From a virus (lineage: Duplodnaviria; Caudoviricetes), in the IMG/VR virus record IMGVR_UViG_3300023218_000040, positions 96,001 to 160,000 of that record: 64,000 nucleotides of DNA; one strand, 5' to 3'. The notes under the pieces are model-generated. The model did no database searches. It had not been told where the DNA came from and saw nothing but the letters and a program-made list of their open reading frames with translations. The translations under genes were made by a program, and so were the position numbers. Shown in pieces: positions 38,844-46,743 of the stretch. Position 1 is the first letter of the stretch. Each line of letters begins with the position of its first letter.

Positions 38844-41840
38844 TCACCGTATTTCCGACAGTGGGTGAGCATAATGTCGGTGTCTGCTCACCAAAAATCC
38901 AGTGCCCACTGCGGCATCAGCGAACGAAACGTTGTTAGTATTAATCAAGGAGTATTTATCATCCACTCCTGTATGAGTCTGCCTGATCTCATACATGCGG
39001 GCTTGATGTCTGAGCTTTTCGCCGTTGGTGAAGTATTCCTTCCAGTTGTGACTGACCTTGATGTGATTACCCGATTGCGGATCGTATGATGGGTCAAGCA
39101 TGATTCCCTGCTGGAAATTAATTAGGTCATCAAGTTTCCAAGACCAATTTACATGCTTGGACATATACTGGATCAGTCTTGAATAGAACACGTCCTTATG
39201 TCCACAAAGGCTGAGCCATAGCCAATCAGCGGGGTTCCTTCTTGTTGGTCCGAACCCGATTGCCTTTTGCATGAGATGATTTGATGGATGGTTTGGATAT
39301 GAATGTAATAGCTTTTTGAGCTTGTGTAGTCTACGACCAATAACACAGTCTTCTATCTCCATACATCCTGTGATCAGGTTTTCGTAGAACTTGCGATAGG
39401 ATACACCTTGCTCCCGGTTCAGGTATTCGGCAATGTATCTGGTGTAGTAGCCACAATGAAGAGCTTGAATAGCCCATGCGAATAGATAGCAATCAACCCA
39501 ATCGTCTTTCGACATGGTATCGGTTGCTATCACTACTTGGTTGGTTTCAATTTCTTCTGTATCTGTTCTTGGTAGTTCCAGGAACACGTTCTTGGTTACT
39601 GTCTTCAATCCATACCGGCTGACATGCTGGGCCATTGGGGCATTGGGCAATATGGAAAGCTCCCATACTCGGATATCCTCATGGTTGCCTGCTGCTATCA
39701 ATGAACAAATCCCATCGAGGAAGCTATCTTTAGTTTCCTCTGGAAGAGGCAGGATGAGTTCACTGTAGGTGTGGTATCCTTCTGCACGATATCTTTCTTG
39801 CAGTTCTCGGTATTTGTTCACACCGATGTTTTCCCTATCAACAGCTTCCAGTACACCTTCATCCATGCTTTGCATAGACAGCGTAGTTCCATAGATCATC
39901 CCCGCTTCCATGAGAGATTTGGTGATGTTGAATACCCGGTTGTTTGAGTTTTTTGCGAAGCTCCCTCGGATTTGCTTGGGGTATCCATACTCACTTTTGC
40001 TCCTGATCAAAGCGTTCGTGATTCCCTCATCAACTTTCAGCATACCAAAGTTGGCATCACAGATGTATACGTTATCGATCTGGTGTTCAGTGAAAAAGTC
40101 GAAGTCATGCCCGAGTCTCTTTAGGGAGAACTTCCTGACCTTATTCATCAATGATGATCCCCAATCGCAATTATGTGATTCTACTCCATGTACCGAATAA
40201 ACTGGTTGCTCTTCAGTTTCCAGATTAAACACATACCCGTCATAGTATTTCATTTTCACAGATTTCACTAATACTGTTTGATTTGGGTTATCAACAACAA
40301 ACTGGCCTGAAAATTCCACCCGATATGATGTGTTAACGCATACTTTCTTTCCTTGGATGTGTTCATCTAGTGATTTTCTTTGATATACACCAGCGTTCTT
40401 ACCAAACCTATTCAAGATTACTTGAAGTTGGAACGCTAAAGTTTTAGACACGGTGCTGGAAGCCCAACGCCCATTTGAATTTTCCTCGTTAATGTGAAAG
40501 GAGCCATCGCCTAAAAGATATCCTTCTATGAGTGGCTTTAGTAAAGAAGCGTCTAAATTCATCCAAAAATGGGGAATTCTCTTTGTTGTGGCCTTGTCAC
40601 CGAACATAGATTTGAATAAGTTTCCAAGAACACTGTTGCTTATAGATACTTGTGTAGCTGTGTTGGTATCTGATAAGTAAGCCTTTAAACCAAATATCGA
40701 ATACAGAGTGGATAATATCTCATTTTGAAGGTCTATTTGGTCTTTGTGAAATGTCCAATTTACAGTACACGAATTAGGTCTGTTTTTGTGAAAACAGACC
40801 GAGCCATCTGCTATGAATAGACCACAAAGCCTCATGAACTCTTTGGTAAGAGGTATGACCTTTGGTATTGGATTTTTACCCCCTGAATACCTAACCCATC
40901 CTATGTTCTCTTGAACATCCGGAAGAATATCTCCTACAGAAAGATGATCCTTCGGAATGGGGGATGGAGAAGATAGGACAAGTCTATCACCCACTCTTAT
41001 TTTAGAAGCATACTTCAATCCGTTCTCAGTGAACCACTCATGATCTGGTGTACAATGTATTTCTTGTCTACCTTGTACCTTAATAACAATCATATCACCA
41101 CGATATCGTCTTTTCATTTTTCTGGCTATTGGTTGCATTCCGTAAGAGGACCAAACATGAGAAACCGAATCAGACGATACAGCTTTTTCTATGGTCATTA
41201 CCCCATCATTCGTATAGACCCATGCATTATTGTCTAAACAAAACGAACATTGATATGGACATCCACGGTTGGTTTCCCAAGGAACCCAGAATTCTTGACC
41301 GGTCTCTTTTACTTCGGTTACGGCTGAATCCAGGAACTGATAAGGGCTATCTATTTCTATATCCTTTGGCAGCTTTTCTCCAAACAGAGATCTACTTGGT
41401 ACATGGAAATCGCTTGTGCTTGTTCCATGTAGTGGATACGCATCAGCCTCTGAAATATGAATCTTCAGAACATTAGCGAACGTTACCTCCCCCTCGCCGT
41501 GAACGATTATATCAACGTAAGGATGTTCCTTGAAGAAGTTTCCTGGTGTGTTGGGAACATGTGGACCACCTGCAACTACGTAAACCTGTGTATTCTTTTC
41601 TCGCAACAGTCGGGCGATCTTCATTTGCTTCTTGAAGTTCCAAACGTAGCAACTCAAAGCGAGAACATCGCAATCAATCTTAGCAACGATGTTCTCTGCT
41701 GTATCATCCAGAAATATGGGATCGCCCCACTCTAGTTGATTTGCTAAAGCGGGTTCGCACTCCTCGATGTAGCCCCTAAGCAATCCATGTATCAGAGGCA
41801 AGAACACCAAACGGTTCAAGCAGACGACTTGGACTTTCAT
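38844..41840 (-). CDS. Cobalamin-dependent radical SAM enzyme interrupted by an intein
   Basis: B12-binding domain (LSCYVWN, VAGGPHV, GEGEVTF); WETNRGCPYQCSF[intein]CDWG; ICDANFG; SMQS; ELILPLPEET. Confidence 0.9.
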   Translation of the reverse strand: MKVQVVCLNRLVFLPLIHGLLRGYIEECEPALANQLEWGDPIFLDDTAENIVAKIDCDVLALSCYVWNFKKQMKIARLLREKNTQVYVVAGGPHVPNTPGNFFKEHPYVDIIVHGEGEVTFANVLKIHISEADAYPLHGTSTSDFHVPSRSLFGEKLPKDIEIDSPYQFLDSAVTEVKETGQEFWVPWETNRGCPYQCSFCLDNNAWVYTNDGVMTIEKAVSSDSVSHVWSSYGMQPIARKMKRRYRGDMIVIKVQGRQEIHCTPDHEWFTENGLKYASKIRVGDRLVLSSPSPIPKDHLSVGDILPDVQENIGWVRYSGGKNPIPKVIPLTKEFMRLCGLFIADGSVCFHKNRPNSCTVNWTFHKDQIDLQNEILSTLYSIFGLKAYLSDTNTATQVSISNSVLGNLFKSMFGDKATTKRIPHFWMNLDASLLKPLIEGYLLGDGSFHINEENSNGRWASSTVSKTLAFQLQVILNRFGKNAGVYQRKSLDEHIQGKKVCVNTSYRVEFSGQFVVDNPNQTVLVKSVKMKYYDGYVFNLETEEQPVYSVHGVESHNCDWGSSLMNKVRKFSLKRLGHDFDFFTEHQIDNVYICDANFGMLKVDEGITNALIRSKSEYGYPKQIRGSFAKNSNNRVFNITKSLMEAGMIYGTTLSMQSMDEGVLEAVDRENIGVNKYRELQERYRAEGYHTYSELILPLPEETKDSFLDGICSLIAAGNHEDIRVWELSILPNAPMAQHVSRYGLKTVTKNVFLELPRTDTEEIETNQVVIATDTMSKDDWVDCYLFAWAIQALHCGYYTRYIAEYLNREQGVSYRKFYENLITGCMEIEDCVIGRRLHKLKKLLHSYPNHPSNHLMQKAIGFGPTRRNPADWLWLSLCGHKDVFYSRLIQYMSKHVNWSWKLDDLINFQQGIMLDPSYDPQSGNHIKVSHNWKEYFTNGEKLRHQARMYEIRQTHTGVDDKYSLINTNNVSFADAAVGTGFLVSRHRHYAHPLSEIR
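40170..41240 (-). mobile_element. Intein (357 aa) with LAGLIDADG homing endonuclease
   Basis: Starts CLDNNAWVYT, block B CTPDHEW, LCGLFIADGS and IEGYLLGDGS, ends VFNLET...VESHN followed by Cys+1. Visibly AT-richer than its exteins. Confidence 0.92.
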
Positions 41841-42589
41841 CTATGACTCTTCATTAACCCAAACGTTTCTAACACCCATGCACCCGGATCGAATTCCCAC
41901 TTCTCTATTCCGATACGATATTTGCTTGGGAACTTGTGATGATTATTGTGCCATCCCTCTCCTCCAGTGAAAAGGTTAGCAAACCAGTTGTTACGACTAG
42001 TCTTGTCCTTGGTTTCGTAGCTACGATACCCGTATGTATGGCTCACTGCGTTAATAAGTCCATACGCATGGAAGGCTATGGCACCAGGGATGCAGAATCC
42101 GAAAATCATAACCAGGGGATCAATCAGCCATAGCAATGCTGCCCACCCAATCAAGATGTGGAAGTAGTGCTTGTGTGCGATCATCACGTTCTTGTTCCTC
42201 AGCAAATCACGAATGAGTCTAGGCGGAATATGGAATGGCTTCCACAGGTGAAAGTATGTTCTCCAGAACCCTAGAACTATTGGTGAGTGAGGATCTTTGT
42301 CCGTGTCTACGTGAGCATGATGTAGACGATGGGATCCTGCCCATCCTAGTGGTGTGCCACCACAAGCGAGACAGCCGACATAGATCATAACTGTCTCAAA
42401 CCACTTATATGTCTCGAAACTCTTGTGCGACAGGTAGCGATGAAATCCCAGGCTAATCCCAATCGTGCCAATGAATAGCCAAACAAAATAGGATACAATC
42501 CATGCCCACCAGGGGCCATAGATGAATGCCGGAATCAACATCAGGTGGTTGAATCCGTGAATGAGTCGTAGTTTATTCGAAAAGTTCAT
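41837..42589 (-). CDS. Membrane fatty-acid desaturase (delta-9 acyl-CoA/acyl-lipid type)
   Basis: Three His boxes HRYLSH, HRLHH and HNNHH; DKDPHSP; TGGEGW; WEFDP; hydrophobic segments. ATG 42589 (ATGA overlap). Confidence 0.9.
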   Translation of the reverse strand: MNFSNKLRLIHGFNHLMLIPAFIYGPWWAWIVSYFVWLFIGTIGISLGFHRYLSHKSFETYKWFETVMIYVGCLACGGTPLGWAGSHRLHHAHVDTDKDPHSPIVLGFWRTYFHLWKPFHIPPRLIRDLLRNKNVMIAHKHYFHILIGWAALLWLIDPLVMIFGFCIPGAIAFHAYGLINAVSHTYGYRSYETKDKTSRNNWFANLFTGGEGWHNNHHKFPSKYRIGIEKWEFDPGAWVLETFGLMKSHR

Positions 42590-43245
42590 GACATTATTTG
42601 TTTGATAGCGTCGAAATGACAACCGACAAGAATTGATACTCGGGATTCATCCCCGATGACTCGAACACGATGTCGATAACCTGTGTTACAAAACCATACA
42701 TGACCAGGAAGCATAATGCGTTGTTCGATATCACTCTTCTTCTTGATTTCAAAGATTTGGTTTCCACTAATCATGATTTGCACCCGACATGCATAGCTTG
42801 TATTAGTATCTATGTGCCAGTCCAATTCTGCTCCGGGTGGCAGAATAGCAATCCTTGCACGGAAGTGTGGATTGACATACGGGGTGATAAAGGAACGAAA
42901 CTTCAGACCCTCTTTAGTGTAAGTATCGTACTCCCACTCATCAGGGACATCAATTGACGAGTTGCCGGTAACTTGCAGTAGATATTGCTTGTATTCAGTA
43001 GGAAAGTACGTCTTCAACTTGCAGGCTTGCGCAATCTCGTAGCGGTCGGAATTCTGAATGTCGTTGTAGTCCTTCGGCAATCCGTTCACAAGGAACATGA
43101 TTTCCTCATGAATAGTACGAACCACAGTTGGATCCACAGTTCCGAGTTTATAGAACAGCGGAAGTTTTTGACGATCAGGGCCATTCTCTCCACGAACACG
43201 GGCTTTGATTCGTTCTGGATCTTGTAAAGCGCATTTATCATTCAT
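42586..43245 (-). CDS. AspH-family Fe(II)/2OG dioxygenase #7
   Basis: RARIAILPPG..LDWHID...G.VWFCNTGYRHRV...RVSI. Confidence 0.72.
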   Translation of the reverse strand: MNDKCALQDPERIKARVRGENGPDRQKLPLFYKLGTVDPTVVRTIHEEIMFLVNGLPKDYNDIQNSDRYEIAQACKLKTYFPTEYKQYLLQVTGNSSIDVPDEWEYDTYTKEGLKFRSFITPYVNPHFRARIAILPPGAELDWHIDTNTSYACRVQIMISGNQIFEIKKKSDIEQRIMLPGHVWFCNTGYRHRVRVIGDESRVSILVGCHFDAIKQIMS

Positions 43246-43250
43246 GTTGA

Positions 43251-43256
43251 TATTTA
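43251..43256 (-). promoter_or_regulatory. T4-late-like promoter core TAAATA (minus strand)
   Basis: TATTTA on the plus strand at the head of the leftward 43245-37294 operon arm. Confidence 0.4.
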
Positions 43257-43278
43257 GATACTTTGGGGTTAGATTTCA

Positions 43279-44223
43279 ATGGTGGATATGAGCAAAGTAA
43301 TACGACTTGAACACCGGCATGAGGACGGCGCTAAGCACGTACTCATCGAGTGGAGTCTTGGTAACAAATGTAATTACGCTTGCTCGTATTGTCCTGCTCA
43401 TCTCCACGATGGGTCCATCGGTTGGCACCCCTATGAGAATCTAATTGGCTTCCTAGATACTGCCCACTCCCATTATTACGATAAGCTGGGCAAGAGTCTC
43501 ATGGTTCAATACACTGGAGGAGAACCAACAGTCTATCCCCAGTTCCGTGATATGGTCAAGCATGCACACGAAAAAGGCTATTTGCAAGGAATGATTTCCA
43601 ACGGATCTCGAACCATTAGGTTCTGGAAGAGTATTAGAGAGTTCTTTACAAAAATAAGCCTGACATTCCATCGTGAGTTTGCAGACCCAGAACACTATAT
43701 CAATGTAGTCCGCTGTGTATCAGAGACAACTCCTGTGCACTGCAATATTACGATGATTCCAAAGGAGTTCGACAACAACCTCAAGATGGCTGAGAGACTG
43801 TGGGAGATAGATAACGTGTCAGTTCTTCTCAAGCCGCTTCGTGAGGAGTTCAAGGGCGAACTCTACCCCTACACACCTGAGCAACTAGAAGTCATGGCAC
43901 GAGCCAGGGGAAAGGCTCCTGTGCACGTAAATTGGCCTCGCTTCGGCATGAAGGTAGTCTACGAGGACGGCACCAAAGAAAACTGCCGAGTTAACGAGAT
44001 GGTCATTCAGAAGCAGAACCGATGGAAGGGCTGGGAATGTGCTGCTGGAGTTGAACAGGTAGTCGTAACCGTAGAAGGTGATGTGTTCATTGGCAGATGT
44101 CGTGTCGGTGGATCAATCGGCAACCTCAATACCGGAGTGAATTTTCCTGACAAAAATGTAATCTGTACGAAAGATGAGTGTTGGTGTTTGACTGACATGT
44201 TGACTACGAAGGTAAGGCGATGA
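43279..44223 (+). CDS. Radical SAM enzyme with C-terminal twitch/SPASM-like domain
   Basis: CNYACSYC, YTGGEPT and ISNGS; C-terminal CAAG...EGDVFIGRC...CTKDECWC. Confidence 0.87.
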   Translation: MVDMSKVIRLEHRHEDGAKHVLIEWSLGNKCNYACSYCPAHLHDGSIGWHPYENLIGFLDTAHSHYYDKLGKSLMVQYTGGEPTVYPQFRDMVKHAHEKGYLQGMISNGSRTIRFWKSIREFFTKISLTFHREFADPEHYINVVRCVSETTPVHCNITMIPKEFDNNLKMAERLWEIDNVSVLLKPLREEFKGELYPYTPEQLEVMARARGKAPVHVNWPRFGMKVVYEDGTKENCRVNEMVIQKQNRWKGWECAAGVEQVVVTVEGDVFIGRCRVGGSIGNLNTGVNFPDKNVICTKDECWCLTDMLTTKVRR

Positions 44224-45131
44224 TTTACATCAGGGTGTATGACGAGGATGGTGATTGGAATGTCGAAGATCCAATCAATTTGAAGGCTACGGGCAGAAAC
44301 CGGTTTGAGGGTTGGAAGTGTTCTGTGGGTCAAAGGAACCTGTATATCGATTGGGATGGTAACATTTTTCGTGGTACGTGTCGAGTAGGTGGCAAGGTTG
44401 GGAATGTATACGAGGAAGACTTTCCGATGCCCGATGGTTGGGTCACTTGTGATAAGAAAACCTGCAACTGCGTGACTGAAGTTCAGCTACCGAAGGCAAA
44501 GGATTTACAAGACCCAGAAAGAAACAGCATTATCCCCATGCAAGACTTCCCTGTCTATGTTCAGTGGGATGTAGGTCGTCGGTGCAATTTTGATTGCAGC
44601 TACTGTCCTTCCTTTGTCCACAACGATCACGAGGAACATCAGAATCTTGATATCCTAAAGGACGTAGTGGTTCGACTTCATGATTCTTTTCGTGAGCCAA
44701 TCACATTCAACTTCGCTGGTGGTGAACCAACCACTCATCCGGACTTTATCGAGTGGTGCGAGTTCATCAAGAAGCTAGGGCACACAATCAATGTTCAGAC
44801 GAATGGTGCTCAGGTTGCAAGCTACTGGAAGAAACTGGCTGAAGTTGTCAATCACATCTCGATATCAGTGCATTTGGAGTTTATGACAGAAAAAAGATTG
44901 ATGCAAACCATCAATGCCATCATGGAGACTTCTTGTCTAATAGAAGTGAAAATCATGGCACACCCTGACCATTGGGACAAAGCCATGCGTTTTAAGTCGC
45001 TGATGGAACAAATTCCGTTGAATAAGGGGGTGATGCTTCCGCTTCGAACGAGCCTTGGCCGCAACACAGAATTGATGGAATATACACCAGAGCAGATGAA
45101 GGAGATGGGAACGATAAATACTCCTGATTAG
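44220..45131 (+). CDS. Radical SAM enzyme with N-terminal twitch/SPASM-like domain
   Basis: N-terminal CSVG...DGNIFRGTC...CDKKTCNC, then CNFDCSYC, FAGGEPT and QTNG. Confidence 0.87.
   Translation: MIYIRVYDEDGDWNVEDPINLKATGRNRFEGWKCSVGQRNLYIDWDGNIFRGTCRVGGKVGNVYEEDFPMPDGWVTCDKKTCNCVTEVQLPKAKDLQDPERNSIIPMQDFPVYVQWDVGRRCNFDCSYCPSFVHNDHEEHQNLDILKDVVVRLHDSFREPITFNFAGGEPTTHPDFIEWCEFIKKLGHTINVQTNGAQVASYWKKLAEVVNHISISVHLEFMTEKRLMQTINAIMETSCLIEVKIMAHPDHWDKAMRFKSLMEQIPLNKGVMLPLRTSLGRNTELMEYTPEQMKEMGTINTPD
45115..45120 (+). promoter_or_regulatory. T4-late-like promoter core TAAATA
   Basis: ATAAATA upstream of the GGAGGT RBS and ATG 45142. Confidence 0.5.
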
Positions 45132-45141
45132 GAGGTTTCCC

Positions 45142-45933
45142 ATGTCCGATATTGACCTACAATACACTTTGATGCTTGAAGGTAGATTAAATCTGATGCA
45201 TCTGCCACCAGGAGCAATCGCATGGCTGTGGGATCGCCCTAGCAAGCAGGTAGATGCCGCTGAATCTTTGGCTATTGCGGCACGAGCTTACGATAATCCG
45301 ATCACTGACGCTTCCCTACTTCGTACTGACCAGAATATCCTCATCTTGAAGTGTGAGGGTGGCGAGTGTTTCCGTATCTATCCTGATGGCGGATACAGCT
45401 ATGATAACACTCCAATGGACATGGGTGGCTGTTCGTCTGTGCTACGTGGTGACTGGTGTGGTTGTCCACACAAGGCTACTGAGACCAATCCACTTGCAGA
45501 TCGTGAACATGATAGCATGGAAGAGAAGATGGGTAACGATGAGCACCTGGATGATGAAGATCCAATGGCTGCACAGGATGTGATTCATAATATTACCAAC
45601 CTTGATGCTGAGCCATATATGGATGAGGACGTAGGTAATGAAGAACACCTGGATGACGAAGACCCAGAAGCCGGATGGTCACCACACAATATCACCAATC
45701 TGGCTGGTGAGCCAACCCGTGATGTAGATGAAGATCAGGGTGGAGATTGGGGTGGCCCAGGAACTGGTGATGGGATGGGAACTGGAACTCCGTATATCGG
45801 AGTAACCTTCATTCCGGATGAGGAGCTTGAGGCTGCTATGAACTATGAAGGCGATGATGAGTTCGCTAAGGAATGTGGTAATTATTCGGATGACGAGCTT
45901 GAGGAGCTAGCAAGGGTCACCGGGACGTATTAA
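45142..45933 (+). CDS. Acidic low-complexity protein with two internal repeats
   Basis: Strong GGAGGT RBS. The C-terminal half is D/E/G-rich with a duplicated GN.EHLDDEDP...HNITNL..EP motif. Confidence 0.7.
   Translation: MSDIDLQYTLMLEGRLNLMHLPPGAIAWLWDRPSKQVDAAESLAIAARAYDNPITDASLLRTDQNILILKCEGGECFRIYPDGGYSYDNTPMDMGGCSSVLRGDWCGCPHKATETNPLADREHDSMEEKMGNDEHLDDEDPMAAQDVIHNITNLDAEPYMDEDVGNEEHLDDEDPEAGWSPHNITNLAGEPTRDVDEDQGGDWGGPGTGDGMGTGTPYIGVTFIPDEELEAAMNYEGDDEFAKECGNYSDDELEELARVTGTY
45532..45738 (+). repeat. Two imperfect tandem copies of about 102 nt (34-35 aa)
   Basis: GNDEHLDDEDPMAAQDVIHNITNLDAEPYMDEDV (from 45532) versus GNEEHLDDEDPEAGWSPHNITNLAGEPTRDVDEDQ (from 45634). Confidence 0.8.
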
Positions 45934-46568
45934 GTTACGTATTCGATTTTCACACCAACCTCGTCTAGCATTTCTTTAGAAATTTTGAAGTCTTCTTTCC
46001 ATCTATCAGGGATTGCAGTTTCTAGAATATAGACTGTTTCAATTTGAGATTGAATAATTGCCCTCGTACATCTTGTACACGGGTGTAAGGTGGTATAGAT
46101 ATCGCTACCAGTAACTTTAGCACCTATTTTTGCTGCGTTAAGTATGGCGTTCTCTTCTGCATGACTAGTATATTCGTACTTCAGTGGTCTAACATGTCTT
46201 TCTTCTATATCGTCATTGATACCACGAGGGAACCCATTATAACCGGTCGAAACGATAACTCGATCACGGACAATCAGAGCACCAACTTTTGTTGAACGAT
46301 CCTTAGATCTGCTAGAAGCTAGTATCGCCATATTCATGAAATATTGATGCCATGATAAATTGGCACTCGCCATTAGATAACGTGTGGCATGTATTGTGCT
46401 GTCATCAAGCAAACCTATACCTTGACTGCATTTATGACATAGAAGCCCACGAACTATTCCAGTAGAATGATTGTGATCTACACAAAGCGGATGTCCTCTA
46501 TTTTCCGTTGTACCACAAATAGCACATTTGTGACCCTGCTTTTCTAGTAATTCATCATATTGTTTCAT
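45930..46568 (-). CDS. dCMP deaminase with N-terminal Endonuclease VII-type domain
   Basis: N-terminal CAICG...LCVDHNH.TG.VRGLLC..C..GIG; then WHQYFM, SKD..TKVGA, GYNG.PRG, HAEENAI and PC..C. Confidence 0.85.
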   Translation of the reverse strand: MKQYDELLEKQGHKCAICGTTENRGHPLCVDHNHSTGIVRGLLCHKCSQGIGLLDDSTIHATRYLMASANLSWHQYFMNMAILASSRSKDRSTKVGALIVRDRVIVSTGYNGFPRGINDDIEERHVRPLKYEYTSHAEENAILNAAKIGAKVTGSDIYTTLHPCTRCTRAIIQSQIETVYILETAIPDRWKEDFKISKEMLDEVGVKIEYVT

Positions 46569-46690
46569 GGTTAATCCGTAATAGTTTTCGAGTCGCCATT
46601 GCCTAATTTTGTCCGAATACTTTCCTGAATTTCGAACATGTCAATTCATACCTTTTGTTTGGTTTCCTAGTCATAAGCCGAAGATAGGGC

Positions 46691-46719
46691 TGGACAAACC
46701 ACTCGTCAAATGCTATACT
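46691..46719 (+). promoter_or_regulatory. sigma70-type promoter TGGACA-N17-TATACT
   Basis: 17-bp spacer, TG extended -10, upstream of GGAG RBS and ATG 46744. Confidence 0.65.
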
Positions 46720-46743
46720 TGCCTCACGAAATTGGAGAACCCC

